DNA of 64,000 nt from the human T2T-CHM13v2.0 reference genome, Homo sapiens, in assembly GCF_009914755.1 (NCBI RefSeq), contig NC_060930.1, one strand, 5' to 3'. Below are positions 1-13,375 of this stretch, one piece after another; position 1 is the first letter of the stretch, and the number at the start of each line of letters is the position of its first letter. Both the position numbers and the translations under genes were made by a program. Below the pieces are notes generated by a model that saw only the letters and a list, made by a program, of their open reading frames with translations, ran no database searches and was not told where the DNA came from.

Positions 1-59
1 GGCAAGCCCTGCCGCACAGCTACTACTGGAGCGCGCCGGCTCCCTATCTGGGAAACAAA
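1..59 (+). CDS. LAMA2: LAMA2 coding exon, 3' part only (probably exon 12), encodes ...QALPHSYYWSAPAPYLGNK
   Basis: Frame from position 3 reads QALPHSYYWSAPAPYLGNK, recognised as laminin alpha-2. Ends at consensus donor AAA|GTAAGT (59/60), phase 0. Confidence 0.96.
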
Positions 60-3000
60 GTAAGTCCACGCTTGCTTCCCGCTATTCTGCTTTAACTGAC
101 TGATCGTGAGAATGGGTTTTAGTTGGTAATTCTTTTAAAGAAAGACAAAATCAAATACACACTGAATTGGATTGCCAGAACCAGCTAAATCACATTGAGT
201 TGGGCGTTTCTTCCATGTTGCACAAGACCTTAAAGAGCCACGGCATCCTTAATATGCAACTTTGTATAGCTGATGTTCTATGTAAACTTTTTGAATGGGC
301 AAATAAATTAATGAAGCCGCTAGTGTATTTTCGTAAAGCAAATTATAGGTATTGGAAGAAACTGTGTTGTGTTTATGTGAAAAGAGCTGTTTTCTGGAGT
401 TGTCTGTGGTGGGATACTTACTAAAGTTTTTCTCATCGGTTTCTATTTCATTTCAAAACTGATACTCAGGAGATTTACTTTTCCTTCTACCTGATATGAA
501 TGTTAATTGGAAAAGAAATGTATTACATAACTAATTAAATGCTTGCCATGAGGCTTATGTAAACAACATATTTGCTGGAGCTCAGGCAGAAACTACCCTA
601 AAAGTGCCAGATTGGAAGCACGTTTGTTTTAAAGCCCACACATATGTAAAAACATACACAGATAAACAAATGTAGCAGCCTCAGAAATACAGGCTTATTT
701 TTTTCTGTTGTGGATTACTTCTATCTAGATAGATATCCTGGGGTTTAGAATTTTATTTTATCTTGCCTAATACTTTGTTGGAAACAAAATTTGGTGACTT
801 ATTTATAAACGTGAATACTTGCTTGTTCTGTGAAAGTTAATACCTTCTCAGCTGATAGTTAAAATACCTGATCACACCAGAAGGTGTGATGGGAAAATCC
901 CTTCCTAAATTAATGTTGTTTAAGCCTAGTTTACACCTAACAAAATATAGCATTATTTATGAAGAAATCATAATTGATTAAGCAAATAAAAGTATGTTTA
1001 TAGTCAGTGGTTTTCTTGCATGACATGTGAGTATTGAAATAGAAAAACTTAGTATCTCATATGCTACTCAGTGAATGGGAACTGGTGGTGTTGGCTGGTT
1101 GAAACACTTTTAACTTATGGCCAGTTTCTTATATTTAACAGAACTCTGAATGCTATTACAAAAAATGTGTAAATGTCTAAAAGACATTTTCAATGAACAT
1201 GTATTTTAAGAGACAGAGTATGTTGCATAAAATTCAATAGCTGTAAAATAAAAATCGAATTAAACTTTTATTTGCAAGGCCCTTTACAGCAAGAAGTCAT
1301 TTTATCCTATTCTATTTAGGAAACTCTGGTATTCCCAAAAGAACAAAACAGCACATAAGACTTGAATTTCTACTGCTTAAAATTGCCAAAAAAATATAAA
1401 AATATACTGTCAATTTAAAAAAAAAACAACTGAGAGCTCCAAGAAGAGCCTTAGGTCAAAATTGGATGAATTTCAGAGGCCTTATTTCTTATATGATGGC
1501 AACACTTAATTAAAGTAGCTTATAATAGAAATATTCTTTACCAGATTTTCCATCCTTTCTTCTTTGGTCATATGCATTTTTTTTTCTGTTGGCTGACAAT
1601 CAAACTGACAGAAGGAAAGCAAGCAAATGGAATATTCGGTAGAATCAGAACAAAGAATTTGGACATCCCATTAGTAGTTGTTGGTTCCCGAAGATAACTT
1701 CCCTTATCCTGGCTGAAATATTTTTCTTATAACCCACAGTGAAGCTCTTCATATTCCCCTACCGATCATTTTCACATCAAAACACTGTTCTTGCCTGTAC
1801 TGCCGTTTCCATTCAGTGAACAAAATAACATTAACAGGGTGTGCAAATTGTTTGAATACGGAGGACATTTTTAATGTAACGTGGAAGCCCTTGGTGGTTT
1901 ACTGTCAGGCATCTCAGTATGAATGAAACAATTTGCCTTAATAACTGAACCATGTAAATTTTTGATACTACAATAATACTGCAAGCTCTCAGAAATTACC
2001 ACAGTACATCTTAACTGTCATGTCACATCACGTAAATTATAGTCATGATGACATGCTTAGCTTGGTTGATTTAATATCTTGCTAAGGAAGTGGAAAATTG
2101 TAGGGCCTTGTTGGTAAATTCAATAAAGCCACTTTTCTAAATAGTTGAGGCTAAATTCTTTACCAGTAATTGCTGTTCGAATCAGAACCATTGCCAGAAT
2201 CTGACAGAAATAGCGTATCAAGATACAAGTGCATCTGCTTAAATATTGAATTTTATTTACATCCATGACCAGGAGTCTATGGTACATAATCCTTCCTCTG
2301 CTTTTTTAGTGTTATTTCCTAATTGGAAAAAATTATGAGATGCTATTAGCTTTTCCTAAATATTTATATACAGACTTTCAAACATTTTCCAAGTTGCTTG
2401 GTTATAAGGCTTCTTCTAACAGAAGGGCGATATGCTGTGCATGTTCTCTTATAATGGAGATGCCACATGCTGTTATTCTTTTTTTAGGAGCCTAATCCCA
2501 AATAATAAAAGTGGCTCACATGGGACACATTTTTGCTAACATGGATGTCTGCCTGGTTGTAATAAAACTCAAGAATACTAGCCAATTTAGCAAAGGAGTG
2601 CTTTGTATCCTGTGAAACATTTTTCACATTTTTACTGTTTTGGAATAATGAAGTATAAGTAAGTGATTATAAGTGTATGTGTGGATAATGGATGAGGCCT
2701 AGGAAAACTTAGCACGTTTTTATACTTTCTATTTTTGAAATTCCCACAGTCTCAGCTAGGAGTTGTTCCTCCAATTTTTTCCCCTATGTACCAGTGAATA
2801 TTTGGCACAACTGGCAGAATCAAGTGTTAATTTTCCCGCCTCGTTCTTGATAGTCAAAGAGAATTAAATCAGGCACCCACAGGGCTATCCTAGGTGCATT
2901 TCATTTTCAAAATGCTTGGCAAATGTTAATGCTTGGTTTTAGGGCATTTGTTTAAGCAACTAGGCAGCAGTGGAAAGAGCTAGAGGACAAAGAATCCTGC

Positions 3001-4066
3001 TGGTTTGCTGCAGGCTACAGCTATTCAGAAACAGTTTGGGAATTTCAGAGTTGGGATAATTTACTGCCCTAGTAAACTAAGTGCTACTGGAACATTGCAA
3101 CAGTCATTTGCTTAAGGTTGCCCTAGTGGTCTGAAATAGTTGAGGCAGCTTCCAAAAGCAATTCTCTTTGCATCTGTAAAGTTCTGGGAGAAGCTAGCTT
3201 GGCTTGTCTGCTGTTCCTGCATTACCATTAAGGTTTGAAATTCTCTCTCTGAATATTATTAAATTAATCTTATGTGATTTGTTCTTTACCAAAACCTGCT
3301 TATTTTCTACAGCATTATGCTATCTTTCTGTTTCTAGCTTAGAGAAGCCTTTAAATTTGTTCATATAGTTGCCAAGAATACCTATAGTCTAGTTTAAGAT
3401 GCACATTAGGAGAGTCTGCTGACATAATAGCATCTGGCTTCTAAAAGTAATCTCTGGTAAACTCTTTTGTTTTGTTGTTCTTGCTTGACTTTCCATTCTA
3501 CTTCACGGATCTCAAATTAAAGCTATAGATTTGAAGAAGGAAACTGATATTTGAGATTTGTAGGACAGGGTAGATCTCATCATATAAAAGAAGCTCAACA
3601 AATACCTTGTAATTGATGCTACATGCTTAACACAAACAAACAAAACTCTAAGAAATTGTTTTTTTTAGGTTGCTCAGAAATGCCCATTGAGTTGGATTTG
3701 TGGGAGTTGAAAGATGAATTCTGTCTTGCTTTACAAAATAATTAAAAACTCGCTAACAAATATGTTCCACTCTCCTTTGAGCAGCATATTTTGTGACTTC
3801 TTTGCTCCATAGTCCTCAAAATTATTCAGAAGTGGAGTTCAAACCCCTCCTCGCCATCCATAACTTCCTCCTATTTAAATCTTGGATTAAATGGGTTAGT
3901 TAAGAAGATCATTATGCAAGTGAAGAATGGTATGGCTATAAAAGTAAATAGGATAAATCAACTGTGGTTGATTTTTTATTCCATAAATCAGATCCCATCA
4001 AGACTAACTTGGCAATGGAGTAGAACCAGGAAGAAGGTTTGCTGCCTAGAATAAACTGAATGAATT

Positions 4067-4926
4067 TGTAAACCAAAAATAAAATTCTAAGACCCCTGAC
4101 TGAACGGACCCCCTTCTTGGCCAAGGGAATCCCAAAGAAACCTAAAGAAACCTGAACATCATGGGAAGGGACGATTACACATTCCTCATTATACCCTGCT
4201 CCCTTTGGAGTTTAGACACCACAGACCAACAGTAACATTAAAACAGAGATTTTAAAACTGACTAGACAGACACTTTACAGCAACAAGATACCAAATTCTA
4301 ACCTCACTCTGGTATAGCATAACATAACAGATAGCAGGCCCTAAAAGAAATCAAAGTATTTTATACCAAAATATATTTATTTGACATATTCTGAAATGAC
4401 CTTGCAAAGCTGTCTCTTGGGGAAATTTGCATTCTATAGAGAATCTCCTTCCCTTACTAAGTCTTTTCTGGAGAGTCAGATACCTTTTAAGGTCTGGCAA
4501 GAGACATTCACCATCAGCCTGCTACTTTACCCTACTACCTTGAGGCTTCATCTACATGACAAGAACCGTGGCTTCCACAACCCACTCTCTTAACTCAAGC
4601 TGACTTCAACTGTTCAGGCAGAATTTTACTCTTTCGACCAATTGCCAGTCAGAAAATCTTTGAATCCATCAATGACTTGGAAGCCCCCACCTCGCTTCAA
4701 GATGTCCTACTTTTCTGGGCCGAACCAATGTGTAACTTAGTACTGGTGTATGTCTTTGCCTGCAACTTTCGTCTCCCTAAAATATATAACGCCAAGCTGT
4801 AACCCAGTCATCTTTGGCACATATTCTCAGGACCTCCTAAGGCTGTGTCACAGGCCATGGTCCTTAACCTTGCCAAATAAACCTCTAAATTGATTGAGAC
4901 CTGTTTCTGATACTTTTTGGTTTACA
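4067..4926 (+). mobile_element. ERV1 solo LTR, MER4 group (MER4B/D/E-like)
   Basis: Starts TGTAAACCAAAAA and ends TTTTTGGTTTACA (13-bp perfect inverted termini). 4-bp TSD AATT at 4063-4066 and 4927-4930. AATAAA at 4876. Body resembles MER4-group consensus. Confidence 0.88.
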
Positions 4927-6908
4927 AATTGTTAAGGATAAATGAGAAAATAAGTATTAAAAAACAAAAAAAATCAAGGACTCATTTATTTCCCATAGCT
5001 ATGATAGAATCTGCTGTGTAAAAGTAACACAAATGCAGGAGCTCAAGGTCAAACATAGAAACCTCTGTCTTACATATCCGTCATAACATTCTCTTGACGT
5101 TTTTCCTAATTAAATTTATAAAGCATTAGTTCTAATGTTAAAAATTGTTATATAAAAAGCATTTTAATATTCACATGCATCTGTCTACAGTGTTTTACAT
5201 TTTGTTTATAATTCGTCAACTGAATGAATACTAGATAGGAGAATGTTCCATTTAATAAAAACTCTTGAGAAAAATAAAATAGCTTACTTAACAGTAATTT
5301 CAATGTGAGTTGGTTTGTGATGTGGTTGGCAACAAAACTTACGTAATCTAGGGCTACATTGGCAGGAATTTACTGGTCAGGACAAAGGAGGTAGTGTTTA
5401 TACAGATTCTGCACAAAACGCATGTCACCTAATATTATTATTAAATATTATTAAATATTATTAATATTTAGCTTACTTGTGAATTTCTCTTTTTATCTTT
5501 GTTAATATACATGACCCAAGTCATCAGCTAATAAACCAAGAAATCCAAATTAGGAAGAAATAGAGCCAGGATTACAATCCAGATGTGTCTATAGCCCATT
5601 CCAGTTAAGCATTTTTTCAATCAGTTAAGTTTATTAGTTCTTGCAAGGCATTGATCTTTGGAATAGAGATGCTGAAGCAGCTTATTCAAAAGAAAGGGAA
5701 CGACAAAGATATGAATTTATAAAAATACAAATGAATGAGATGAATAACAAATGTCAATAGAGGGGACACAAATCCAACAAGTTTTTTAAATGGTTTCAAA
5801 GCTCTGGCAAGATTAATCAAGCAAAACGTGGGTAAAACACAAATAAACAATTTTAGAAATGTAAAAATGGGCATAACTGCAATTACTTCAAAAATAAACA
5901 AATAAGGAAGTATCAGAAAATAAACAAATTAAGAGTATTATGAAAATTTACACACAATAAGAATACAATTTAGAAAAAGGAATATCCTTCTAGGAAAATG
6001 CAACTTAAAAAAACTGACTCAAAGAAAAAAAATCTATAATGTCAGATAAACATTAAAGTAATTGAATCAGCAGTCAAATAAACCTTCCAATGAAGTTAAC
6101 TCCAAGCCTATTGATTTGCAAGTAATATCAATCAAAATTCAAAAATTTTTAAAAATGCAAAATTATACAAACTTTCCAGAGAATAGAACAACTGGGACGT
6201 ACTCCTCACATAATTTTATGTGGCTTGATATAAAATCTTGACAAGAGGACTATGAAGAAGAAAACCCCTACCCAAAGTCACTCATGAACGTAGATGAAAA
6301 TATCCTAAATAAAATATTAACAACCCAAATCCATCAGTTTATAAAAATAGTCAGGCTAAATTGGCCAAGTGGATTTTATCATCCGTGTTTGAGGTTACTT
6401 TAAAATTAGAAAACCAGTTTAAGTAATTGACCATATTGACTGATTAAAAGAGAAAAAAATCAATTATCTCAATAGACACAGAAAAAGAAATGGGTAAAAT
6501 TAAACATTCTTCATGTCTGAAAAATTTTGAAAACTAGAATTGGAAAAGCACTTTAACTGATGAAGGCTATCTACATAAAAATCAATAGCAAATATCTTAT
6601 TTAATATAAAATGTTCAAAGTATTGTTTAAGATCACAAACATGAAACAATTCTCACTATAACGACTCCCACTTAACATTGTGCTAGAAGATGTGGACAGT
6701 GCAGTAGATAGGAAATAAAATATATAGGGATCAGAAAGGAAGAAATAAAACTCACTTATAGATGATATACTTATCTGCTTGTAAAATCAAGAGAATCTAC
6801 AGACAAATTCTTAATCAGTGAGTCAATAAGGAGACTATATGCAAAATTAATATACAAAAGTCAATCATGTTTCTTTATATCAACAACACTTTTCAAAAAA
6901 AATTTTTA

Positions 6909-7763
<855 letters not shown>

Positions 7764-9113
7764 TTAGAAATTCTAAAGGAAAGAAGTGGGGCTTTTTGGA
7801 AAGGGATTAGGTCATGAGGGTTCTAATCTCCATGAATGGAATTAATGCCCTTATGAAAATCTTATCTGATATAAAGAGTTAGGACTTACTTTAAAAGATA
7901 TAATGACTAAGGCAAAATGCTATCAGTGTGAAAATAAACCAATAGACCTGAAAAAATAGCCCATAGATATCACATACATAGATGAATACTTAACTTTTAT
8001 TGAAATAGGCATTGCAGATCAATGACAATGGGATAGACCCTATACAGTAAATGGTCTGGTACCACTGATTATCTAGAGAAAAAAAATAAAATTTCTGCAT
8101 CCTTACTCCACATTATACATAAAAATAAACTCCCCTTGAAACAAATCATAAATTTTCAAAAATTATGCTAAAGACAAACCTTTATAAAGACAACACATTG
8201 AGATTTCTGCTCCTGACCATAATTGAATAATAGTATCTAGATTTCCTTATCTACCTTAAACAACAACAAAGCCTGAGGGGGAAAAAATGTGGAACAACAG
8301 TTTTTAGACACTCTTCCACAGATAGCATAAAACTGTGATCTCTGAAAAAGAGAAACAAATGGGGTGAGGTTTACAATTGCCCCAAGATTATTGCCTGGGG
8401 ACAGTCTCCAGGGTGAAGTGCATTGGTATATTGAGAAAAAAGCCAAACACAGCCTGGCCTTGCCAAATTGAAAGACAGAGGTTAGGGTTCATGGAGGCCA
8501 AGGCAGCTAGCATTTGTGAGGCAGCATACAAGGGAAGAGGAACCTGACCTGCACAGAGAGAGAGACGAGGAGAGAGCTGCAGCTATCTGCAAAGAGAAAC
8601 CGGAGTACTGAGTTGCAAATATGTGAAAGAAAACTACCTAAGGCTAATGAAAGAATCACTAAAAAGTAGTAAGAGAAACAATTCCTGAGCTGATACAGGG
8701 CTGCTAATAGTTTATTTTCCTAACACCCAAAGTGGAATGTCTTCATAAGAGGGACTAAATTAGCTCCAAACTACAAGCTACTCTAGGTTCACCCCAACAA
8801 ATCTTGAAAACAGCCTTAAAAGAAGTCAACTTATTCCAAATAAATTAACTGCATGCCAGAACAAAGTCCAATACTATTTAATTACAACAAAATCCAGCAC
8901 TCAACAATGTAAAATTCATGATGTTTGGCATCAAATCAAAAACTACCAGGTACATAAACAAGCAGAGCATATAAGCCACTACCAGGAGGAAAATCAATCA
9001 ATGGAAACAGAACCCCAAATGGCAAGAAAATCATGTCAAGATATATCAGAATCAAATTATTAAAAAGACAGATAACTGGAAAATTGTAAAAGCAATCAGA
9101 AAAAAACTAACAT

Positions 9114-9398
9114 GGCCAGGCGCGGTGGCTCATGCCTGTAATCCCAGCACTTTGGGAGGCCAAGGCAGGTGGATCACGAGGTCAGGAGTTCAAGACCAGC
9201 CTGGCCAATATGGTGAAACCCCATCTCTACTAAAAATACAAAAATTAGCTGGGCATGGTGGTGCACACCTGTAGTCCCAGCTGCTCAGGAGGCTGAGGCA
9301 GGAGAATCACTTGAACCTGGGAGGCGATGGTTTCAGTGAGCCGAGATCATACCACTGCACTCCAGCCTAAGCAACAGAGCGAGAGTCTGTCTCAAAAA

Positions 9399-9430
<32 letters not shown>
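9114..9430 (+). mobile_element. AluS (Sg-like) element
   Basis: ggccaggcgcggtggctcatgcc start, gatcacgaggtcaggagttc, long A tail at 9394-9430. Confidence 0.95.
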
Positions 9431-9487
9431 CACAACAGGTGCAGAGGAACAAAGATAAGGAAGAATAGTTTCTTGTCAGACCCTATA

Positions 9488-9853
9488 TGCTATGGTCCAA
9501 ATGTTGGTGTCCCCCTAAAACTTATATGCTGGAACCTAATGCCTAATGTGATAGTATTTAGAGGTGGGGCTTTTGGGGGAGTGATTAAGTCATGAGGGCT
9601 CTAATCTCCATGAATGGGATTAACATCCTTACAAAAGAGGTTGAGGATGCTGCCTTGCCCTTTCCTTTACGTGAAGGGGCAGCAAGGAGGTACCACCTTG
9701 GAAGCAGAGAGCAAGCCCTCACCACACATCAAATCTGCTGATGCCTGGATCTTGGATTTCCTAGTCTCCAGCACTGTGAGCAGTATATTTTTAATGCTTA
9801 AAAACTACCTAGTCCCTGTTATTTTGTTGTAGCAGCCTGAATGCATCAGTACA
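9488..9853 (+). mobile_element. MaLR solo LTR (MLT1A/MSTD-like)
   Basis: Starts TGCTATGG, contains gaggtggggc...gtcatgaggg and atcttggatttcctagtctccagcactgtgag, ends ...ACA. Confidence 0.8.
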
Positions 9854-10707
9854 CTTTGCAAGCCAGAATACAATACAGAGATATGTTAAAGTATTAGGAA
9901 AAAACAACGCAAGCAATCAAATGAACAAAACAAATACTATCAGTCTATAATTCTTTACCAGGCAAAAATGTCTTCCAAAACTGAAGAAAAAACAAAGATT
10001 GTTTCAGAGAAATAGAAGTTGAAAGAATGTGTCACAGACTGATGTACACAAGAAGAAATGTAGAAAGTTCTTCAGGCAAAAGAAAAATGTTACCAGATGG
10101 AAATTTACTCCTACAAATAGAAATTAAGTGTATCAAACAGGTGAATAGCAATGCTTTGTCACTAGTGCTAGCTGTCACAAGACCTCTAGCCAGTCATGTT
10201 TTCAGCTGTAGGGCCTAACACCATGGTTAAGGAATGGTTACCTAAATACACAAACTTAAAGTAGAACTTCAAATACTTCCTGTATAAAATTTTCCCTCTG
10301 AAGTTTTAAAAAGAAAGACTGGGTTGTAAGAAGAGTATAAAAAAGGCTTGCTTCTCCAGCTCTCATTTCTCATTTCAAACTTAAAGAAAGAAAACCAGCA
10401 CCAATTTGAAAGTGTTTCAATAAACTCTCAATGTAAAACTTCACGTTGTTTTCTGTAGCTTTTCAGTAACTTCTTACACTCATGTTCTATGTGCGGCTCA
10501 GTGGGGAACTATCTGTATCCAGTGGATTGTTGGTTCTGACACACTAGCCTACGTGCATATGGGGCAACCCCCAACATGCTGGCCCCTGCCACTTGCAATA
10601 GATCAGACCCACCCCTTGTGGTTGAGTGAGGCAGTATTATGTCAATTCTAAACCTGGCATTTTGTTTACTGTTGTTGAGTGTTGTTGGTAGTGGGAGAAG
10701 AAAATAG

Positions 10708-10830
10708 GTCACAGACAGTGTGAAGACACAAGGAGAAGACAGCCATCTACAAGCTAAGGAGAGAGGGCTGCAACAGCTTAATTCCTTGTAGTGTTCATAA
10801 AGAACCAATCCTGCTGACAGCTTGATCTCA
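10708..10830 (+). mobile_element. MLT1 LTR fragment
   Basis: gtgaagacacaaggagaagacagccatctacaagctaaggagagag is MLT1-like. Confidence 0.6.
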
Positions 10831-10969
10831 CATAGCAAAATAATACATGACTTTTTTTCCTCCTTGATTTCCATGAGAATTGGGTGAAAGCTATTACTCA
10901 TATAAGCGGATGACCTGATTCTCTCATTTTTGTGGTTACCTTTGATTAGTGTTTTGGTCTTTATGCGTT

Positions 10970-11150
10970 TCACAGACCTGATTCAAATGCTGGATCTCTG
11001 CTTTATTAGCTTTGTGATCTTGGACATATCCCTTAATCTAGTTGAGCCAGATTCTCATTATCTGCAAAATGAGGCTTCTAGCACCCCTCAGAATTGTACA
11101 AAGCTCTCGAAAATGTCCTTAGCACACAGAAGCTGTCCGATAAATGCCAA
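10970..11150 (+). mobile_element. MIR remnant
   Basis: Core ttcaaatgctggatctctg...tagctttgtgatcttggaca...tctgcaaaatgagg. Confidence 0.6.
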
Positions 11151-11639
11151 TTGCTTTATGAATTTCTGTAGTTGTATGCTGCAGTAATTTATTTTGGAGA
11201 TCTTCCTTATATCAGTAAAAGACGTTTGTTAAAAAACACTTTGTCACCTGTCTGACATAGTATCTGGTGGTAGTAAGGATAAGACATCATTAAAAATAAA
11301 AATTGACAATCAGAGAGAGTTAATTTTAGCAAGTACGTAGATTATATGCCTTTAATGGCAGCTTTGCAGCAAAGTGCAAAACATAAATAAATCAGTTAAC
11401 CAGATTTGTGAAATACCCGCAGAGTGTTTTAGACTTTATTTTGAAGGTGCCAAATTAGAGCTAACATGCATCGCTTCATGTCTTCCCAAGAAAATTACAT
11501 GACAAATATCTATCTCTGCTTCACTGACAACCTGGCAGTGAAAGGGATTTGAGGTTTGTGCCCATCAGTAACTAATTAGAGAAGTAAATGTTATAACTAG
11601 TCAGTATTCTGTGGCTACAATGTGGCAAGTTAAAATAAT

Positions 11640-11935
11640 ATCCTTAAGGTGGGCGCTAACGCAATATGACTGGTATCCTTATGAAAAAAAAAAAAAAGGA
11701 CAATTTGGAGATAAACACACCGACAGGGTAAACACCATGTGAACATGATGATGGCCATTCACAAGCAAAGGAGAGAGGCCTGGAACAGATTCCTCTTAGC
11801 CCTCAAAGGGAACTAACCCTGCCGATACCTTGATTTCAGACTTGTAGCCTCTAGAACTGTGAAACAATACATTTCTGTTGTATAAGCCACCCAGTCTATG
11901 GTATTTTATTATGGCAGCCCTAGCAAACCAATACA
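11640..11935 (+). mobile_element. MLT1B/C-like LTR (3' portion)
   Basis: atatgactggtatccttat...accttgatttcagacttgtagcctctagaactgtga...gcagccctagcaaaccaataca. Confidence 0.8.
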
Positions 11936-12313
11936 AATCATAAAACATCAATTATTTTTAAAATCTCATAATTTTCATTCTTGTTATATATATATAAAAC
12001 AAATAAAAGGTGACTCTCTCTAATGTATAAAGAAGTTAAAGAAATTGATAACAGAAAGGCCAGCAGTCCAACAGAAATGAATGAGCAGTTTATAGAGAAG
12101 GAAATTTAAATGGCTCTTAAATGTATGAAACGGTACTCAACCCGACTCATAGTATGCTAACTACACTGAGAAATCATTGTCTTCTAACATATAGGAAAGT
12201 CAACCAAATGAATAACACATGCCATTCCTGTGGCTTCTTCAGGAACAAAGGTCCTCCTAAATTGGTAGTGTGAATATACATTGATGCAATCCAAAAAAAA
12301 AATCCAAAGTTAT

Positions 12314-12863
<550 letters not shown>

Positions 12864-12950
12864 CTATAAAATTATTAAAAAAGGAAGGAAGATTTTTGTA
12901 TAATAATATGGAATGATCCAAGGTGTATTTTAAATAAATTAAACTTAGGA

Positions 12951-13240
12951 GGCCAGGTGCACTGGCTCACGCCTGTAATCCCAACACTTTTGGTGGTTGA
13001 GACAGGCAGATCACTGGAGACCAGGAGTTCAAGACCAGCCTGGCCAACATGGTGAAACCCCACTCTACTAAAAATACAAAAATTAGCGGGTGTGGTGGTG
13101 TGTGCATGTAGTCCCCACTACCAGGGAGGCTGAGGCATGAGAATCACCTGAACTCCGGAGGCGGAGATTGCAGTGAGCTGAAATTGTGCCACTGCACTCC
13201 AGCCTGGGTGACAGACTGAGACTCCATCTCAAAAAAAAAA
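12951..13240 (+). mobile_element. AluS element
   Basis: Full dimer. TSD AAATTAAACTTAGGA (12936-12950) / AAATTAAACCTAGGA (13374-13388) brackets the Alu plus its purine tail. Confidence 0.94.
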
Positions 13241-13375
13241 GAAAGGAAAAGAAAAAAAGGAAGGGAAGGGAAGGGAAAGGAAAGGAAAGGAGGAAGGAAG
13301 GGAGGGAGGGAGGGAGGAAGGAAGGAAGGAAGGAAGGAAGGAAGGAAGGAAGGAAGGAAGGAAGGAAGGAAGGAA
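13241..13375. repeat. Polypurine tail ending in perfect (GGAA)15
   Basis: Uninterrupted GGAA from 13316 to 13375, preceded by GAAGG/GGGA repeats. Confidence 0.95.

Larger units (their letters stand above)
8190..10140 (+). mobile_element. Old L1M 5'-region/ORF1 fragments, interrupted by an Alu and an MLT1A/MST LTR
   Basis: L1M-like motifs (aatgtaaaattcatgatgtttggcatc, aaatcaatcaatggaaacagaaccc, caagccagaatacaat). Boundaries approximate. Confidence 0.55.

Noticed and set aside
167-424. 85-aa ORF just after the first exon (possible intron read-through tail)
   Set aside because: It starts at a TTG and is not continuous with the exon frame. Read-through of the donor reaches TAA within about 12 codons.
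871-890. Perfect 8-bp hairpin ATCACACC-AGAA-GGTGTGAT (similar small stems near 56911 and 58811)
   Set aside because: Too short for a pre-miRNA or structured ncRNA and expected by chance in 64 kb.
2488-2658. 171-nt pseudoexon (tttttttag| ... TAA|GTAAGT)
   Set aside because: Contains an in-frame TGA, the exonic side of the donor is poor, and such site pairs are common by chance in long AT-rich introns.
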